Assembly: GCA_038087875.1 (NCBI GenBank)
Contig: CM075998.1
Span: 808,001 to 872,000, forward strand
Source: Malacoraja senta
Taxonomy: Eukaryota
Direction: 5' to 3'
DNA length: 64,000 bases
The position numbers were made by a program, and so were the translations under genes. The notes beneath the pieces are model-generated. The model ran no database searches. It saw only the letters and a list, made by a program, of their open reading frames with translations, and was not told the DNA's origin. This document shows, piece after piece, positions 1-12,782 of the stretch (its first letter is position 1; each line of letters opens with the position of its first letter).

Positions 1-654
1 AGTACAAATTGCCCCACCTTGTGTTGGTGCAGTGCAATGATTGAGACAGCACTTCATTTTGACTTGTGTAAATGACCTGAAATTTATTGTTGATCCTTTT
101 GGGCACAGGTACAGTCTGGCTCTGTTGCGTGTGAACCATTTTTAATATGTATAACTTGCTGCTAAAGCTACACCTGATAAGAAATTGTTACCTCTTGCTA
201 TCGGGCAGCGACAGGGCATGTCACTTCATTCTGTCACGGCAATTTAGAATACGTTTGTTGTCTTTTTATGTAGTGCATTGATTCTGTGTTCTAGTTTAAA
301 CTAATCCGGCTGCCCAATAAGTACTAACGTTTGATCTTATGAGGGCCAGGAACTTGTGTCGGAGAGCAAAAATCTGTTAACAGGAAAGTCTGGTTAATGT
401 CCCATCAGCTTTGGATAGTGGATTATGTTCTCAGATGATGAACCAGTTAGTGCATCCTGGTCACCTGGCATGGTTTCAACAAAGGCTGCTCCACGTCTGC
501 TACTGTTGATTCTCCATTTTGTACCTATTGATTGGCATGCAGCTCTGTGGACTATACATCCAACACAAGATGTAACTTTTTAAACCACGAGTGTGCGTCG
601 ACTAGTAATGGCTTGAAGTAAGTAGCAATTGTTCCCTTCAATTGAAGCTGTTAA

Positions 655-836
655 GGGGCCTGTCCCACTTGGCCGTCATCTGCGCGTAAATTACGCGACA
701 TCATATAGCGTCACGATGTGACACGCGCGTGATGCGCGATGACATAGGTAGTAGATGCCGCAGGATTTTGCGATGTACAAAATCTTTGCTCGCCATCTGG
801 GAGACGCGCAAATGACGGCCAAGTGGGACAGGCCCT
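655..836. mobile_element. MITE, PIF/Harbinger-like
   Basis: About 32-bp TIRs (RGGGCCTGTCCCACTTGGCCGTCATYTGCGCG), TTAA on both flanks, no coding capacity. Confidence 0.85.
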
Positions 837-984
837 TTAATCACTACCTGTAGAACGATGGCATGGCTAAGGACAGTGCCACTCATTTTAATCAAACTGG
901 TTGCTTACTTGAGATCTTTAAATCCCCCCCCCCCCCCATCCAAAAATAAAGATACAAGGCCAGAGAAGTAGTGGTTTCATAGTG

Positions 985-1416
985 AAGTAGAAGGTTCTCG
1001 TAGGTTGTAGCCAGTGGATTTCATTGGCTCATTGGAACGAAAAGGTAAGTAGTAGTTTTCAGAAACAAGATAACCGACCGGTAATGTTAAATATCCGCTG
1101 AGCTTCACAGCTGTGTATCTTTGTCTTCTTAAAAGTTGTCTCCACTCCTCCCCCCCCCCCCTTTTAAAGGACTTACCGTACACTGTGCTTTAGCCGTCTT
1201 TTTACAGCGCCAACCTTCCTGTTCATTGGGACGTGTGTGTGTTTCACCTTGGCTTTGCACCGTGTGAATTTTTTAGACAGTGCTCTCCCCCGCTTGCCCT
1301 ATCCCCCGCCTCCATAACGGCTGGTGAAGGAAGCGTGTGTGTGTGTGTGTGTGTTACAGTCACCGTTCCAGTTGCCGGTTTTTCAGGCGACTGCCGGCAA
1401 CTTAAGTGGGACAGGC
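985..1416. mobile_element. Fragment of a Harbinger-like element with one TIR; includes (TG)n
   Basis: Ends in AAGTGGGACAGGC like the other MITEs; (TG) microsatellite at about 1336-1353; left boundary uncertain. Confidence 0.45.
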
Positions 1417-3186
1417 TGGTAATAAGCTTGAAAACAAAATGCTAGAAATATTCAGCGGGTGAGGAAACATCTGTGGAGAGAGACAAATCGTTAATGTTTT
1501 TGAGTTATTCATCAGAGCTGTGGCATTTCTTTTGGTTTTAGTTTAGATTTCCACTAGCAGTCTTTTTACTTTTCTCTCCCTGATCTTGCCTGCCAGATCT
1601 GCCAACCTTGGTATCAAGGGACTTCCCTCAGTGGTTATGTGGAGGGAAAGAGTTCCACATTTACCTTGCCCTTCGTGTGAAGAATTGCTTCTTGCCTCAA
1701 ATTTTAGTCATTCTTCTTCAAGCTGAAGTCCACTCCCGCCTACCAGTTGCACATGAGCCGGTTAGCTGTACCACCATTCAGTCAGTGGCTCTCGCATCAG
1801 GAGTGGCAGAAGGATGATGCCTAGTGTTACAAATGTTCTTCACAAGAGTGACTTACAAATGGTGAGTGGATTGGCATCACAAGCCAGCCAATCCTGACCC
1901 AAAGCCAAAAGACATCAATAATTAATATTTTAAACTTTAAGACATATTTGTTATGTTATCTTGAGCGTTAATGCTCAGTAGTCTGCATTTGGTTATATCT
2001 ATTGGTTTTTGTTTCCAAAAAAAACACTTCCAGGGGAGCCGAGACTTTACAGCATGGAATTGTTATCTGTGCTGAGTTTAAAGGACCAGATTAGTTCAGA
2101 TGCTGAGTAACTATTAAGTTGTGTAGGAATGAACTGCAGATGCTGGTTTATACCAAAGATAGACACAATGTGCTGGAGTAACTCAACATGTCAGGCAGCA
2201 CCTCATTAACTGCAGCACTTTGTGTCTATCTTCACAATGAAATCATGATTGTTTAATTAAATGACAGAGTAACCTGGACATTTTTATGTGCATAAGAATA
2301 TGTTTTATTGACAAAAGTAATGTATAGAAAAGGAATTGTATTTGTGACAGCCCTGCTTGCTATGTTTTGGGGGGGGGGGGGGGGATTGCTGATTTGAACC
2401 ACCTAACTCCATCAATTCAAGTTCTCCTCGAGACGACAGTGGTGTCAGGGTTGACCTGAAACTTTGGTTTTCAAATCTTCTCCCCAACCTCAACAAAGAC
2501 ATTCCAGCCCCAATCCTTCTCCATAATTATCAGATTTATTGTTAAAATGTGGCAAAAGAAACAATGTCCCATGGTGCTTACACCCTCATAGCCAAAGCCA
2601 GGCAATTGTAGGTTTCTTTATACCCTTCAGTGTGTGTGAGAGCATTGGAGATTCAACCCTTTATTTGACCTTGAGGGATGTTATCTTGATCATGGCTGCT
2701 AGAATATTCTCAAAGATTAAGAGGCATCAGAATATGATTACTGACATTTGGCTGTTACAGAGAAAGTGTGGTCATCTTCAAGCTGTTCCGAGTCATCTTC
2801 TGATTTAAATGCAAATTACCGACATGGCATCTATTTTGGAATTCAGATAAAACTTTTCCAGTGACTCTTCCATTTTTGCTCATTGCTTATGTTTTCATAC
2901 CTGCTGCATTTGAAGCAGGCTCAACGTTGTCTAGCCCAAAGTGCACTGTGGTTCTGAAATCCGACACTTGTGCCCACCATTGGAGGGCAGCCATTTTATA
3001 CTGTGATCAGAACCAGTTTTAATGGCATTTAAAGTTTGTTCTTTACACTTGTGCATTTTACACAATATGCAGCAAGAATGTATTAGAACAAAGGGCAACA
3101 GATGCTCCTGTGCCTGTATTGTTTCTCAATGTTTTCCAATATCCCTTGATACTTGTAATTACACCGGGGAGCACTTGCTATTTGCA

Positions 3187-3386
3187 NNNNNNNNNNNNNN
3201 NNNNNNNNNNNNNNNNNNNNNNNNNNNNNNNNNNNNNNNNNNNNNNNNNNNNNNNNNNNNNNNNNNNNNNNNNNNNNNNNNNNNNNNNNNNNNNNNNNNN
3301 NNNNNNNNNNNNNNNNNNNNNNNNNNNNNNNNNNNNNNNNNNNNNNNNNNNNNNNNNNNNNNNNNNNNNNNNNNNNNNNNNNNNNN
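3187..3386. other. Assembly gap (200 N)
   Basis: Run of 200 N; true size and contiguity across it are unknown. Confidence 1.
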
Positions 3387-4799
3387 AAAGATCATGGTCA
3401 TTTGTGCAAGAACCAGTGAACTATCAGTATATAACATCTGAACACTTCACTCCAAACAAGTCTTGCATCCTGCCCCCGTTAGTGAAAAAAGCTGAAAAGA
3501 TGAACAAAATGACAGAAGATCTTGGTTTAAAAAAGTAAAATTTCTCTTGTTTGTAGAAGAGGATCACACTGGTACTTGCACTTCTCCAATCACATCTGGT
3601 TACTATGCTTTGACTAGTCACATTACAACAAGTTGAAGTTAACATATACATCCCCAAACCAGGATTTTATTAGATTAGCTTAAATGATCCTACCCCTAAA
3701 ATACTGATATACTTCACTTTGCTCCTAGCTCGACAAGACACTTCTCATAACATTCAACCTGATAACAAAAGGTTTTCTGAAATTGCTTACAAACATACAC
3801 CAAACACCTAATATTCTTGCTGCAGAAATATTACTTACAGCATCAAATACTTAATGCTGCTGCAGAGCAAGACAAGGCTTTTACCAGTTCTATGGAAAAC
3901 ACCTAACACAACAGGAAGCGGTATACCCTCAACTTTGAGAGATCTTAAGATACCCTGACAAAAATCAAATGTAGCTCCAAACATCATTTGAATGCTCCCT
4001 CAATTATAAAAATTGAGAGAGAAAAAAATCAGTAGTATTGTATGTCTAGCTATACATTAAACATGGGTAATTGACATGAACATTATGACAAAAAGTTAAA
4101 CCAGGACTTGGAAAACAAAAACTTAAGTCGGGTATTCACATTTCCTCCTCTGTTGCAGCTGCCACACCACAAATCAACCACCAGAATTTGTCATACATAT
4201 TTAGTTAGACATCAGCCAGAGGATAGAATCAGCTCATGCTTTGACCAAAGATTAACCAAAGGAATAATTGTGTGTGAAATCAATATGGCCAGTCTTGCTG
4301 GGAAATTAAAAATTTAGTTACCATCAAATTTAAATTAAAAGTTAGGGGAGACTAAATTATTGCCTCCTCCCTGTCCCCCCCCTTCAATTATTTGTCCTAA
4401 CAAAATACTGGCTAAATATTAATAGTTGCTGTAATTATGCAATAATGTCTGGCACTTATAACTGCATAAGAAAGAAACAGAAGCTTCGTATTAATTTCTA
4501 AAATTATCTCAACACTGCACATTTTCTCAAGTCCTGGTCTTACACGCTAGCAGAGCACGTAATGCAAGCAGCAAGAACTTCACGTCAAGGAAAGAAGCTT
4601 TGGTTCAGATTTCAGAGTCTAATCAGCCACAGCACCAAGTTAATCCATGCAGTTTGGCCATTTTGCTCCATCCCATCATGCATTGGTGAAGATTATTCTG
4701 CTTTTAAAATCGATAGGGTTTTGATGAAAATAACCCCTGGGAAAGATAACTTTGTCGAGCAGCTACAGGATACAACTGTCATGAGAATGGAGGAGGATC

Positions 4800-4874
4800 C
4801 TACAAAAAGGCACTCGGATTTGCTCGGGGGTCTTTCTGGTTCCTAAATCGCATTGCAAGCCAAACTCCGAGGAT
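4800..4874 (-). CDS. TSPAN31: Tetraspanin-31, last coding exon ([24 protein letters not shown])
   Basis: 75 nt including TAG; C-terminus matches TSPAN31 as I recall it; the six exons sum to 633 nt = 210 aa + stop. Confidence 0.97.
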   Translation of the reverse strand: MLGVWLAMRFRNQKDPRANPSAFL

Positions 4875-5447
4875 CTGATGGAAGAGGAGAAAACTTTAAG
4901 TAAGCACGTGTTATCTTCATCATTTTACTCTTTCCCTGACAAGTCATACTTTACCCCTCAAACAGAAATGAAACTCTTGAACACAAAAAAAGATAATGGC
5001 AGAGTTAACATGGATATCCCAGAGCAATCATACAAACATGGCCTCATTAGCACCATCCATAAATAACCACATGAAGTTTAAAAAAGGGTCAGAAAAAAAG
5101 TAGCCTTTCCATACCTCTGAACTGCCTCCCTGCTGATAGAGGTCTCAGATTGAGGGTGTGGGAAGTGGTCTAGGCAAGTGACTGCAATGTATTTTGTACA
5201 GGGTGCACATAATGTCAAAGAGATTCTCAGGGTCCAGTTTTAAATTTCAGATATATCCAAAAGGAAGAAGACAATCCTATAAAGCAGGATTTTTGGTAGC
5301 TCAGTGTTATTTGCAAGTTTTGGAGTTTAATACTGGGATAAAAGGACAACAATTATTTAGTGGCTGAAGAGAAATCCCTATTAAATTGCACCTCCACAAA
5401 CTGCTTTGGAAGAGGTGAATGCAACATTAGAAGACCACAAATCTCAC

Positions 5448-5552
5448 CTCAGTGAAGCTGAAGAAAAGACCCACACCTCCGAGGATCCTCAAAGCCTCTC
5501 CAGCATGTGTCAGCATGACATCGCCACACGTTTCACAATTATTTTTGCAGGA
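5448..5552 (-). CDS. TSPAN31: Tetraspanin-31, exon 5 ([35 protein letters not shown])
   Basis: 105 nt, CAG acceptor, GTGAGA donor; EC2 cysteines and TM4 motif [12 protein letters not shown]. Confidence 0.96.
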
Positions 5553-6664
5553 CTGTCACAAGGGAAAAGTACAAATGTGGATATTTAAAACTTGAACACT
5601 TTCCAGATGAATTACACGAGCACACTCAACAAGGCAACACAGAGACAAGAAACTGCTGGAAGGTTGAGTAAAACACAAAGTGTTGGAGGAACTCAGTGGG
5701 TCAGGCAGCATTTGAAGAATGGATAGGCGACTTCAGATCAGGACATCCGACCTGCAACGTCACCCGTCTATTCTCTTCCCAGGTGCTGCCCGACTCGTTG
5801 AGTTCCTACAGCAGTTTGTGTTGTTAACAAGGAAGCCTCTTCACCAAGTTTACTATTTTCCCAAACATGTTCAACAGCTCAAACAGATTCCTTTCGAACT
5901 CGACCCCAATGCCACAAATATACTTGGGTTTTGTTGAACAGGGAGGGAGAGTTTTACATAAAATTACTTGTTTTAATGTAGACACATGGAACTGCAGATC
6001 CTGGTTTACAAAAAGACTAAGTGCTGGAGTATCTCAGCAGGTCAGGTAGCATCGCTGGAGAACATGGATAAGTGACGTTTCCAATCAGGACTCTTCTTCA
6101 GACCGAGTGTCCTGAAACATCACCTATCCATGTTCTCAGGCGATGCTGCCCGACCCCGTGAGTTATTCCAGCATTGTCATTTCTTGACTTGTTTTAACTG
6201 GTTTGAGGCAAAGAGATTTGGGAAACTTTCAGCCCCTCATTTTCTCCTTGCAAAAAGACTTGCAGTTGCACAATACATTCAATCCCCTTTTAGGGGGACC
6301 CAAAAGTACAGGCAACATACAGTTTAAGTGCATTCATATTTGTGATGCAATAAATACAGCCAGTTTTACTGAATACTTGTCCCCAGGCATTCACTGTTAC
6401 CTTGGGTCACCTGGGACTGTTCATTTCTCCATCATTCCCTCACGTTGACCTCCTCTCTTCCACCCCCCACCCCCCGAGGAAAATGCAACTACAACCTGTA
6501 CTCGGAGACAATGGGCAGTGATAATTTTATTTCCATTTCAAATCAGCACTAGCTCAAAATGTGATTGTTCTGACCACAAAAGACAGATGGGACAGGGTTG
6601 CCATAAAAATAAATTTTCTTGATCTTTGAAGGGATAAATGTAAACCATGTTACCCAATAATTAG

Positions 6665-7552
6665 GTGGTGTAGAGAAAGCAGGGACTTTGCAGAAGGGTT
6701 TGGAGAGGTTGGGAGAGTGGGCAGAGAAGCAGCTGATGGAATAGTGTAGCAAAGTGTGGAGTCATGCATTTTGGTTGTAGGAATAAAGGCGTAGATTTTT
6801 TTCTAAATGGGGAAAGAATCCAGAAATTGGAGGTGCAGAGGGACTTGGAAGTGCTGGTGCAGGATTCCCAAAACGTTAATCTGCAAGTCGAATTGGTAGT
6901 AAAGAAAGCAAATGCAATGCTAGCATTTATTTCGAGGGGGCTTGTATAAAAAAACAGGGATGTAAAGCTGAGGCTTTACAAGGCGCTGGTCAGGCCGCAT
7001 TTGCAGTATTGTGAGCAGTTTTGGGCACATAAGTGAGGAATGATGTGCTGGCTCTGGAGAGGGTCCAGAGGAGGTTTACAAGAATGATCTTAGGAATGAG
7101 TAGGTTAACATATGATGAGCATTTGACAGCATTGGGGCTGTACTCGCTGGAGTTTAGAAGAATGAGGGGGGGGGGGGGGGAAGACACATCATTGAAATGT
7201 ACCGAATAATGAAAGGCTTGTGGAGATGATGTTTCCACTAGTGGGAGAGTCTATGACTAGAGGTTATAGCCTCAGAATTAAAGGGCATTCTTTTTTAGGA
7301 AGGAGTTGAGGAGGAATTTCTTTATTCAGAGGGTGGTGAATCTGTGGAATTCATTGCCACAGAAGGCTGTGGAGGCCAAGTCAGTGGATATATTTAAGGC
7401 CGAGATAGATTCTTCATTAGTACAGGTGTCAGAGGTTATGGGGAGAAGGCAGGAGTGAGGGTTAAGCGGGTGAGATAGATCAGCCATGATTGAATGGCGA
7501 AGTAGACTTGATGGAGAAAATGGCCCAATTCTGCTCCTATCACTTATGATCT
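6665..7552 (+). mobile_element. CR1 LINE 3' fragment in TSPAN31 intron 4
   Basis: Degenerate ORF2 (MHFG..N..EVQRDL.VLV; AGAGGGTGGTGAATCTGTGGAA) and CR1 3' UTR GATCAGCCATGATTGAATGG. Confidence 0.88.
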
Positions 7553-7625
7553 TAATGCATACTTGCTCTGTCCTTTCAAGCATTTATAAATAAATTCAAT
7601 AATCCAAATGTAAAAAAATACTCAC

Positions 7626-7766
7626 TGCTGGACATATGTAATAATCAGAGCCATAAATAGCACTATTTTCTGTATCATTCATAAATCCACAGCAGTTCAG
7701 TTGATGTTCTAGATCTTGCCTGGTTGCATTTGACATTCTGTTCCAGGTCAATTTTAGTAAGTGTTC
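7626..7766 (-). CDS. TSPAN31: Tetraspanin-31, exon 4 (EHLLKLTWNRMSNATRQDLEHQLNCCGFMNDTENSAIYGSDYYICPA)
   Basis: 141 nt, TAG acceptor after a T-tract, GTGAGT donor; contains the tetraspanin CCG motif of the large extracellular loop. Confidence 0.95.
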
Positions 7767-7984
7767 CTACGTTAAAAAAAAGTTTTCAGTGCACACCAAC
7801 TCCCAGACACAGCCATTACCGAAGTGTATCACCGCACGTCTAGAGTAGGCAGCATTCCCAGTGGGCGGGGTAGAATGTGGTTAGCTGCAGTTCAAGATTG
7901 ATATGAAACCAGTCATGTACAAAATCGTCCTTCGCAAGCCCACTGTGTTGACCACATTTCCCTCCCTGGCCCACATTAGATTAC

Positions 7985-8245
7985 ACGGTGGTGCAGCTGA
8001 TAGAGCTACTGCCTCAGTGACCTCGGGCTCAGTCCGTGTGGAGTTTGCACGTTCTCTCTGTGACCGTGTGGGTTTCCTCCGGGTGCTCCATCTGGTTTCC
8101 ACCCACATCCCAAAGACGTGCAGGTTTGGAGGTTAATTGGCCTCTTGTAAATTATCCCCAGTGTTTATGGAACGGATGATAAAAAGGGATAATGTAGAAC
8201 TAGCATGAATGGGTGATCAATGGTCAGCAATGGAATCGGTGTCAT
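7985..8245 (+). mobile_element. HE1-like V-SINE
   Basis: Head, V-domain GTGTGGAGTTTGCACGTTCT..GGGTTTCCTCCGGGTGCTCC and partial tail. Confidence 0.8.
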
Positions 8246-9201
8246 TCAATTCAATAAATGAATAATTTTAATTTGAAAAAGAGAAAGAACATTTGGTGGC
8301 TGGGGCATGCTAGAGAAAGTTAAAAGACTGAGCCAAAGAAAAGACCAGCAAAACACCAGGGTTTGCCGATTCGAGTAATTTAGAAACAGGCCACTAATAG
8401 ACAATAGGTGCAGGAGTAGGCCATTCGGCCCTTCGAGCCAGCACCGCCATTCAATGTGATCATGGCTGATCATCCCCAATGTAATCTTGTGGCATCAATC
8501 ATCACTTTCTTAAATATCTGGAATATGCAAAGATGTTCCAAACATCAAAGTCAAAGTAACAATTTGAGACTTATTTGGAATAAGCCAGTTTGCAAAAAAA
8601 TGTACAGGGTCGAGGCAGCAAATCAGTAAAACTCCACCAGATTGTGCGCAAGACAGTGTACTGATGCAAATGGAGGCATTTGTTGTCCTCTCGGTTTGAT
8701 TGAGCTTGTTCCGTTTACATCTTATTTAAAAAATGCATTAATCTGCTATGAAAGCAGTGTCAGCCAGGACAGAGGTATGGTTCTGGTTTTTGGAACAGGA
8801 AAAGGATTCTCAAGAGTGTTTAATTGTCACATGTACCAGGACCAGAACAATAAGTCCTAAATAATCAAAACAGAATATGTTGAGAAACTCAGTGGGCCAG
8901 GTATTTGACAAGGATAAGGGCCGGACTCAATTTCTATGAGAACTTCAAAAAAAAGGAAAATTATGCTCCGTATAATATATATTCTTGAACAGTCCAGAGC
9001 ATAGACCCGTCTAGCTGTAATGAAAGGCAAGAAAACATCAGAATACTTTAAAACAATAAATCACCAAATAAAAACAAGCAGCAGGCAACACGCCCGACCT
9101 GCTGAGTTTGCCAAATCAGATGCATCATTTGTGAAGCTGCTGTGCAATCAGGCTTCAAAAAGGCAAGCACAACACTCAATATATCTTAGCGTGAAACTTA
9201 C

Positions 9202-9282
9202 CTGCTGACTTCGGTTGAGTGCCAGACAGGAACAAGAAACTCCAAACTGAATCACAAAGACCAGGAATAAAATCACCATGTA
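9202..9282 (-). CDS. TSPAN31: Tetraspanin-31, exon 3 (YMVILFLVFVIQFGVSCSCLALNRSQQ)
   Basis: 81 nt, CAG acceptor, GTAAGT donor; TM3 with the SCSCLA motif of TSPAN31. Confidence 0.96.
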
Positions 9283-10744
9283 CTGAAGTGAAAACAAAGT
9301 TAAGGATGCACAGGAGGAATAATGAATGAAAATAAATGCTCAAAGATCAGCTCAAACGCTGTACATACAAAGCTAGTCGTGAAGGCTATTTCTGACATTT
9401 AATAAAGTCAATTGGAACTCATTAACAATTTTTACCAGTGTTCACTACAAGTGTTTCAAGACAAGAAAGGGTACTGGTTAAATGAGGACAAATCTTTCTA
9501 TATACTTGAACCCAAATGTCATTGGAAATACATTAAACTCCCCAAGATGACCCATTACTGCTTTAATCTAGCAGAAGCTAATTTAATGTGAAATGATACG
9601 AGTACACACAGTGCATCACGGAGCTCTCAAAGCCTTCTGTTATATCACAGCAATTTAATATCATGCATTGTTTAGATAAACCGGTTTCTTAATCAATATA
9701 GATGAAGTTTAACCATTAATTATATCTACATATTGTAGCAAAAGTTGCATTTAAATAAATGTTAAAACATTGAGCTACAGCCCAAATCTCTAATTGGGTA
9801 ACTAACACACCTCAAATATACTTCAGGCGTGTACGTGTGTGCAAGGGGAAATACTTCACCCATATACTGCACCACACAGGGTCTAGTGCACATTGGTTAC
9901 GTTGTGGGAACAGTAATCCAAAGATGAACAAGCTCAAGTCCCATTATGGGGAACAAATTCAGTTAATTAAATAAATCGGCAATAAAAAGCAGGTACAGGA
10001 ACCAAACTGTTCACAAGTGACTACTGTGCCACTACGGCACTGCTGTTAAATTACTTGATTAGGAATCCATAGGGTCGGACAAACAAATCAGAGGCAAGAC
10101 AGCTGTGGAATTTAAATAGGTAAGAATTGGGAAAATAAGAGTCCCAAGGAACACTTGGATTGTCATAAAACTCAATCTGGCTCCTGAAGTTACCATAAAT
10201 GCCTTAAAGAAAAAGCCCGTTAGGAAAAGATCTCACCCAGTGCGACTTGTACATGACTGCAGAGTGTGCATTGCTGTAAATCTGACGTGGCCCAGCAAGT
10301 CACTCCATTCAAAGGCAATAAAATGCTGGTGTGGTCTGCAAAGCTCACATCTTGCAAACAATCACTGATGACCAGCACGTCACAGACCTACTTGTGTTGC
10401 AGTTGATTACTATAATATTGATAGAATATCTCCAGCAAGGGATTAAGCATAACAGCAGCTTCTTATTTTCTGGCATGGGATATGACTCAGCAAAGCTACA
10501 CTCAATATTGCGACAGGGATTACAGTAATCAGTCAGATTTCAAAGAATGACAGCTTCTTTGATGGAAGGTTTAAGCAAGATTCTGTGCAGTTCCTTTCAG
10601 ATGTTTATTTTAAGGATTATTTTCTTCACCCTCCCCCACCTCATTGCTTCCCCCAAAAAGCACACAATGATATAAGGAAGTGCAGATGCTGGTTTACAAA
10701 AACAAAGTGCTGGAGTAACTCAACGGGCCAGGCAGCATCTTACA

Positions 10745-11265
10745 AGGTCATAAGTGATAGAAGAATTATGCCATTCGGCCCATCAAGTCTACTCCACCAT
10801 TCAATCATGGCCGATCTATTTCTAACCCCATTCTCCTGCCTTCTCCCCATAACCCCCGACACTCATACTAGACAAGAATCTATCACTGCCATAAAAATAT
10901 CCACCGACCTGGCCTCCAAAGCTTCCCGTGGTAAAGAAATCCAGATTCACCACCCTCTGACTAAAAAAAATTCCTCCTCATCTCCTTCCTAAAGGAACGT
11001 CCTTGAATTCTGAGGCCAGTACAAGACTCTCCCATTATTGGAAACATCCTCTCTACATCCACTCTTTCCAAGCCTTTCACTATTCTGTATATTTCAATGA
11101 GGTCCCCTTCATTCTTCTAAACTCCAGCAAGTACAGGCCCAGTGCCGTCAAATGCTCATCATATGTTAACCCACTCATTCCTGGGATCATTCTTGTAAAC
11201 CTCCTCTGGACCGTCTTCAGAGCCATCACATCCTTCCTCAAATATGGTGCCCAAATTGCTCACAA
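10745..11265 (-). mobile_element. CR1 LINE 3' fragment inserted in a Penelope-type repeat
   Basis: Reverse complement of the CR1 family at 6665-7552; flanked by two halves of the GCAGCATCT/CTGGAGAACATGGATAGG repeat. Confidence 0.85.
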
Positions 11266-11923
11266 TTGAGCAAAATTGCTCTGGAGAACATGGATAGGTG
11301 ACGTTTAGGGTAGAGTTCCCATTTTCAAACTTGTGTTTATGAATTTCAACCCAGCCTGCTGGGGTTTGAACATAGTCATACAGCATGGAAACAGGCCCTT
11401 CAGCCCAACTTGCCCATTCTGACCAAAAAAAGCTCATCTACGCTAGCCCTACCTGCCCACCTTTGGCCCAATCCCTCTAAACCTTTCCTATCCATGTGAC
11501 TGACCAAATGTTTTTAAAATGTTATAGTACTTTCTTTGGTAGCTCGTTCCATACACCCACCTACCCCCAGGTTCCTATTAAATCTTTCCCCTCTCACCTT
11601 AAACTCTGGTTCTTGAATCTCCACTCGGAGTAAAGGGCTGTGAATTCAGGCCAGATATTTCCATGCAGATTTGAATGTCTTCAATAACCATGTTGCAAAC
11701 TTTCAGTGGCCATTTTGGACAGAGAAGGGACTAATAAAATAATATATAATACTAACATTACTATGTATTTAGTGTAGAGGAGCAGAAAAGGAAATTCAGA
11801 CCCAAAGACCAACTCATTTTGAGGGGGAGGGGGGGGGAAACAGGAATTAAAATTACAATGGCAAGACACAGCAATCATACTAAAAATTTAGTTTTAAGAC
11901 TACAGAAACCAATGAAAGGATAC

Positions 11924-12091
11924 AAAGAACAGCATGACTTGATGGTGGTTCACTGCTCCGATAAGTCCGACAACAGCAATGAGTAGGAGGAACACTCCTA
12001 CAGCAATGACTCCGCCAATGATATTTATGCTGGAAACAATGCCATAACTTTTCCCCCATCCCGCCACTCCGATAAGTAACAGTCCAACCAA
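11924..12091 (-). CDS. TSPAN31: Tetraspanin-31, exon 2 ([56 protein letters not shown])
   Basis: 168 nt, polypyrimidine tract plus CAG acceptor, phase 0; donor is GTATCCTTT; covers the end of TM1 and TM2. Confidence 0.96.
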
Positions 12092-12782
12092 CTGCAAGCA
12101 AGAAGGGGAAAAGAAAAAAATTGGGAACAAGAATCAGATCCAACCACATCACACTGGGATACCTGCGCTTGAAGGAAAATAAAATGCCCGGCATCCACCA
12201 TTTCTCCCAGCAATTAATGATCAGGACTAATAGTGTGCAGTAGTCACTGGATTATGTGGGCAAACAAATGCAATGGATAGCATCCTAACTGTGCACTCTT
12301 CTCAAGTTTCAAAGGAATGTTTTTATAAAGAGGGAGACCAGAGATTGCATAAACCTTTCTGGAAGAGGTGCATTATATAAAAAGTATAACTCAATAATAT
12401 TTGAGATACAACCATCTCAAAATCTGAATCTTGATATATGAAACTATTTACTCCATCTGAAGATGCAACCATGCAAGTCTATTTTGCCCGTTTGTGCGAT
12501 GGAACCACAAGTCTTTGATCATGCTTTTCAGTCACCTCTGTTCATCTCTCCTTTACATAATTATCTCCTCCAGGCATTTAGTTTAAAGGCATTATGTCAA
12601 TGAAAAAGACTGCTTTTGCAGGATCAAAGCGAAAATACTACCCTTTGGTCTAGACATGCTGTCAGCAATGTGGCTAAGATACAAACTTCAAAGATTACCA
12701 CGTCCCACTATTATTATGCAAAGAAAAATGCCTCATTAGCTGATAAACAACATTCAAACCAAATAAAGTTGCTTTAGCATGT

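Noticed and set aside
3022..3538. ORFs spanning the N run
   Set aside because: Artefacts of the assembly gap.
3666..3671. Possible TSPAN31 poly(A) signal (AATAAA on the - strand; another at 2304-2309)
   Set aside because: Cannot choose among candidates without transcript data.
1..4700. Expected CDK4 3' exons next to TSPAN31 (human synteny)
   Set aside because: No kinase-like coding sequence recognised, and the gap makes contiguity uncertain.
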